Source: an archaeon (lineage in GTDB: Archaea > Iainarchaeota > Iainarchaeia > Iainarchaeales > 1-14-0-10-31-34). From it: a stretch of 18,994 bases of DNA. The translations under genes were made by a program, and so were the position numbers. Positions 16,151-18,994 of this stretch are shown here, piece by piece (positions within the stretch are counted from its first letter, which is position 1; every line of letters starts with the position of its first letter). The notes below the pieces were generated by a model that was not told the DNA's origin, did not search any database, and worked only from the letters and a program-made list of their open reading frames with translations. The stretch is from contig JAJRVL010000003.1 in the NCBI GenBank assembly GCA_024277355.1, positions 1 to 18,994 of the forward strand, written 5' to 3'.

Positions 16151-18025
16151 ATGAATTTAACAGCAAATTTACAAAATTCAATCAAAAAAATTCAAAAAGA
16201 TTATTCCCTATATTTTCTTAAAATTCTTATAGTTATTGCTTTTATTTTTAAAACTCTTCATTTATTTTTGTTTTCTATTCCAAAATATCTTATTGCGTCT
16301 GATATATCAACACATTATCGTTGGATAGAATTAATAATTCAGGACATTTCTTTTATTGGTTATGACGCTTTTTATCCTAAAGGATTTCATTTAATGACAG
16401 CTGGATTAACTACAATACTGTCTATAGGGACTGCAATAGCAGTAATTGCTTTTATTTTTTCAATTGTATTTGTTTTTTTTACTTATAAACTTGCATTTCT
16501 TTTTTCACATGACCAAAAAATTGCATTGTTGACTACTTTTTTTGCAATTAGTATATCCATAACAACAAAAGTTCCTGGTTTTGGTTTTCCATTGCCTCAA
16601 TCAATAGCTCTTTCATTGATTTTAGCTGCAGTTTATTTTTTTGCTAAGAAAAAATTTTTTTTAGCAGGATTAATTCTGGGATTTCATTCAATTACACATT
16701 CTTCCTGGCCATTAAGCTTTATTTTAATATTGATTTATTTTTTGTTCACTGAAAAAATAACAAAAAAAAATATAAAACAAACTCTGTATTTTTTTGCTGG
16801 TTTTTTGGTTTTATTTATTCCATATAACCTAATAAACAATTTATTCAGTGAAAATAATTTAGGAGGATTTATGGTTCTTTCAGAGGGTTTTTTAAAATAT
16901 TCTGCTGAATGGATGATTAGTCCGCTTGCTTTTCAAGAATTAACTGAACCTAATTTCTTTATTTTTGCTGGATTTTTTGGTATTTGGTTGATAAGAAAAG
17001 AACTTACAAGAACTTATTTGTTTTTGTTATTCTGGTTTTTTTCAGTTATTGCAGTAACACAATATTACTGGTTTATTGACTTAAATACCTTGCTTGAATT
17101 AGGAATTAATGTTCCTTCAAGAGTTATTGCTTTTATTATTTTTCCGCTTGCTTTTTTCAGTGCTGTTGCATTATCTAAAGTTTCATTAAATAAAATAGTT
17201 CCTAATGCAGATAAAATCAAAACATTTCTTTCAATGACTTTTTTGATTTTATTACTGTTGTTTTCAGTTCCAGAACTTGAAAGAAAACCAGATTTAACTC
17301 AGAAAGATTTTAATGCAATAAAAAAACTTAAAGAATTACCATTAGATTCAGTTGTTTTTCCGGAAGATTTCTTTAAACAGACAAACTTAATAACTCTTGG
17401 AATGAAAAAAGCACCTCCTTTAAGAGACAGGGCATTAATTTTATCTGGTTTGAATCCAATTGAAACTAAACACATTGATTATATTTTAGTTGATGAAGGA
17501 GAAAAATATTCAGTATACAATATAGAAGAAAACCAAGGAAACATTAGTTGGTTAAACCAAAAAGTGCAGATTAAAGAAAAAAATTTCAATAAAACTGATT
17601 CTCTTGTCAATTATATTGCAGCATTTATGGTTGTAAAAAGAGGTTCAATTCCTTTTAGTGAATCAGCATTCAAAATTATTGCTACAGATTCAAAAGAAAT
17701 GGTTTGCTTTCCTGAAAAAACTTTTATCAGCACAGGAGAAAAATGCACTGAAAAAAAATATGTAGTTATAAAAGGAAAAAAAGCAGATTTAATTGAATTA
17801 TTTGATTCATTTGATGATGATTTATTTCTAAATAAACTTAATTATTTTTACAGAGAAAAAAAAATAGTTTTTGAACCAGAACCCTTAATGAAATTTGAAG
17901 ATGGAGAAATTGTAAGTTTAATGAATTATGCTTTAGCACATAAATGGACAAACAAGCAGGCATCATTAAGCAAACCTAATTTAATTATTGGAAGATTATT
18001 AGTTTCATTAAAGATATTAAAGTAA
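16151..18025 (+). CDS. Large multi-TM protein, possibly GT-C glycosyltransferase-like
   Basis: 624 aa with about 10 TM helices in the N-terminal two thirds, soluble C-terminal domain, and IASDISTHYRWIELI in the first extracytoplasmic loop. Confidence 0.7.
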   Translation: MNLTANLQNSIKKIQKDYSLYFLKILIVIAFIFKTLHLFLFSIPKYLIASDISTHYRWIELIIQDISFIGYDAFYPKGFHLMTAGLTTILSIGTAIAVIAFIFSIVFVFFTYKLAFLFSHDQKIALLTTFFAISISITTKVPGFGFPLPQSIALSLILAAVYFFAKKKFFLAGLILGFHSITHSSWPLSFILILIYFLFTEKITKKNIKQTLYFFAGFLVLFIPYNLINNLFSENNLGGFMVLSEGFLKYSAEWMISPLAFQELTEPNFFIFAGFFGIWLIRKELTRTYLFLLFWFFSVIAVTQYYWFIDLNTLLELGINVPSRVIAFIIFPLAFFSAVALSKVSLNKIVPNADKIKTFLSMTFLILLLLFSVPELERKPDLTQKDFNAIKKLKELPLDSVVFPEDFFKQTNLITLGMKKAPPLRDRALILSGLNPIETKHIDYILVDEGEKYSVYNIEENQGNISWLNQKVQIKEKNFNKTDSLVNYIAAFMVVKRGSIPFSESAFKIIATDSKEMVCFPEKTFISTGEKCTEKKYVVIKGKKADLIELFDSFDDDLFLNKLNYFYREKKIVFEPEPLMKFEDGEIVSLMNYALAHKWTNKQASLSKPNLIIGRLLVSLKILK

Positions 18026-18068
18026 ATAAAATAATTAATAAAAAAAGAAAAAGAAGTTAAAGGCTAAA

Positions 18069-18788
18069 CTACCATTTCTCAAAAAAGATTTTTTCTTTTT
18101 CAAAGCCTTGTTCTATAAGAAATTCATTGATTGATTCAATTGCTTTAGGAATACCGCATAAATAAAAATGAATTTCTTTTATTGGAGAAGAAAAATCAGT
18201 GTCTTTAATTAAATCCTGAACAAAACCTTTTTTTCCAGTCCAGTTTTCTCCCGGATGACTTGCAACAGAATAAAACCTGAAATTTTTATGTTTTTCAGTT
18301 AATTCAGTTAATTCTTTTTCATACAAAAAGCATTCTCCATTTCTAAAACCATAAAATAAAGTTATAGGTCTTTCATCATTTTCATGCAGTAAAGTTCTAA
18401 TCATTGAAATTAAAGGAGCAATTCCTGTTCCTAAAGCAATAAACGCAATTTCTTTGAATTCATTGTTTAACATAAAATGCCCAAAAGGACCTTTAACAAT
18501 AAGTTCATCTCCTGCTTGTTTTTTTCCTAAATGATTAGTTAATCCTTCAGTTGAATGAATTCTAATGCATAATTCAAAGTATTCCTGAAAAGGAGCACTT
18601 GCAACAGAAAAAGAACTCCATTTAAGCAGTTTAGGATTAGTTTTAAGTTTAAAGTCAGCACAGCCAACCATAATAAACTGTCCTGAAGTAAAAGAAAAAT
18701 CTTTTGGTTTTTCAAACTGCATTATCTGAAAATTGTTTTCATTGTCGCCGCATTTAATTAATTTAGTAATTTTTGATTTAAATTCCAT
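18069..18788 (-). CDS. FAD/NAD(P)-binding oxidoreductase, ferredoxin-NADP reductase-like
   Basis: SGQFIMVG, SSFSVASAP, KGPFGHFML, ALGTGIAPLISMIR, FYGFRN, HFYLCGIP. The internal ATG at 18788 (MEFKSKITKL) is a more plausible start than 18812. Confidence 0.85.
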   Translation of the reverse strand: MEFKSKITKLIKCGDNENNFQIMQFEKPKDFSFTSGQFIMVGCADFKLKTNPKLLKWSSFSVASAPFQEYFELCIRIHSTEGLTNHLGKKQAGDELIVKGPFGHFMLNNEFKEIAFIALGTGIAPLISMIRTLLHENDERPITLFYGFRNGECFLYEKELTELTEKHKNFRFYSVASHPGENWTGKKGFVQDLIKDTDFSSPIKEIHFYLCGIPKAIESINEFLIEQGFEKEKIFFEKW

Positions 18789-18891
18789 TATATCACTAGT
18801 TAATAATAACACAAAAGATTTTTAAAAAAGTTCATTAATAATATTAAAGAAACTAAACAAAATAAGGCAACCCTAATTGGAGGAATTTTTA

Positions 18892-18994
18892 ATGACAATT
18901 TTATCAGATAAAGATATAAAAAAAGCAATTGAAAAAGGAGAATTAGAAATCAAAGGAGTAAATTTTGATGATATTACTTGTGCTTCAATTGATT
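18892..18994 (+). CDS. dcd: dCTP deaminase, N-terminal part (runs off window)
   Basis: MTILSDKDIKKAIEKGELEIKGVNFDDITCASID; the MILSDxDIKKAI start and the C/P-ASxDL site are typical. SD ggagg upstream. Confidence 0.8.
   Translation, partial: MTILSDKDIKKAIEKGELEIKGVNFDDITCASID

Overview
AT-rich archaeal window, probably a DPANN-type or other reduced lineage. That placement is inferred from BHB-type tRNA introns, archaeal protein families and TATA/SD signals. It is mostly ordinary housekeeping sequence: 7 tRNAs (Arg-GCG with intron, His-GTG, Thr-GGT, Met-CAT, Glu-CTC, Thr-TGT, Tyr-GTA with intron), hisS, a TrpB2-type trpB, rpiA, a DEAD-box helicase, a CorC/HlyC-like CBS protein, a DMT transporter, a PAP2 phosphatase, a YkgJ-like cysteine-cluster protein, an FNR-like oxidoreductase, a large GT-C-like membrane protein, a DUF2683-like/RelE-like toxin-antitoxin pair, and the start of dcd at the right edge. 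The points most worth a second look are: (1) a compact ParB-fold SerK-like gene directly upstream of trpB, which could supply O-phosphoserine to TrpB2; (2) two long, internally structured tRNA introns (about 102 and 94 nt); (3) substituted position 55 in tRNA-His and tRNA-Tyr, with a matching position-18 change in tRNA-Tyr; (4) a DsrE-family ORF broken by one in-frame TAA; (5) a small duplicated-unit ORF split by a 1-nt shift at a T-run; (6) a GC-richer, hairpin-rich spacer between tRNA-Met and tRNA-Glu; (7) a near-perfect operator palindrome and divergent flanking direct repeats at the TA module. I did not find a clear multi-gene novel defence or mobile system.
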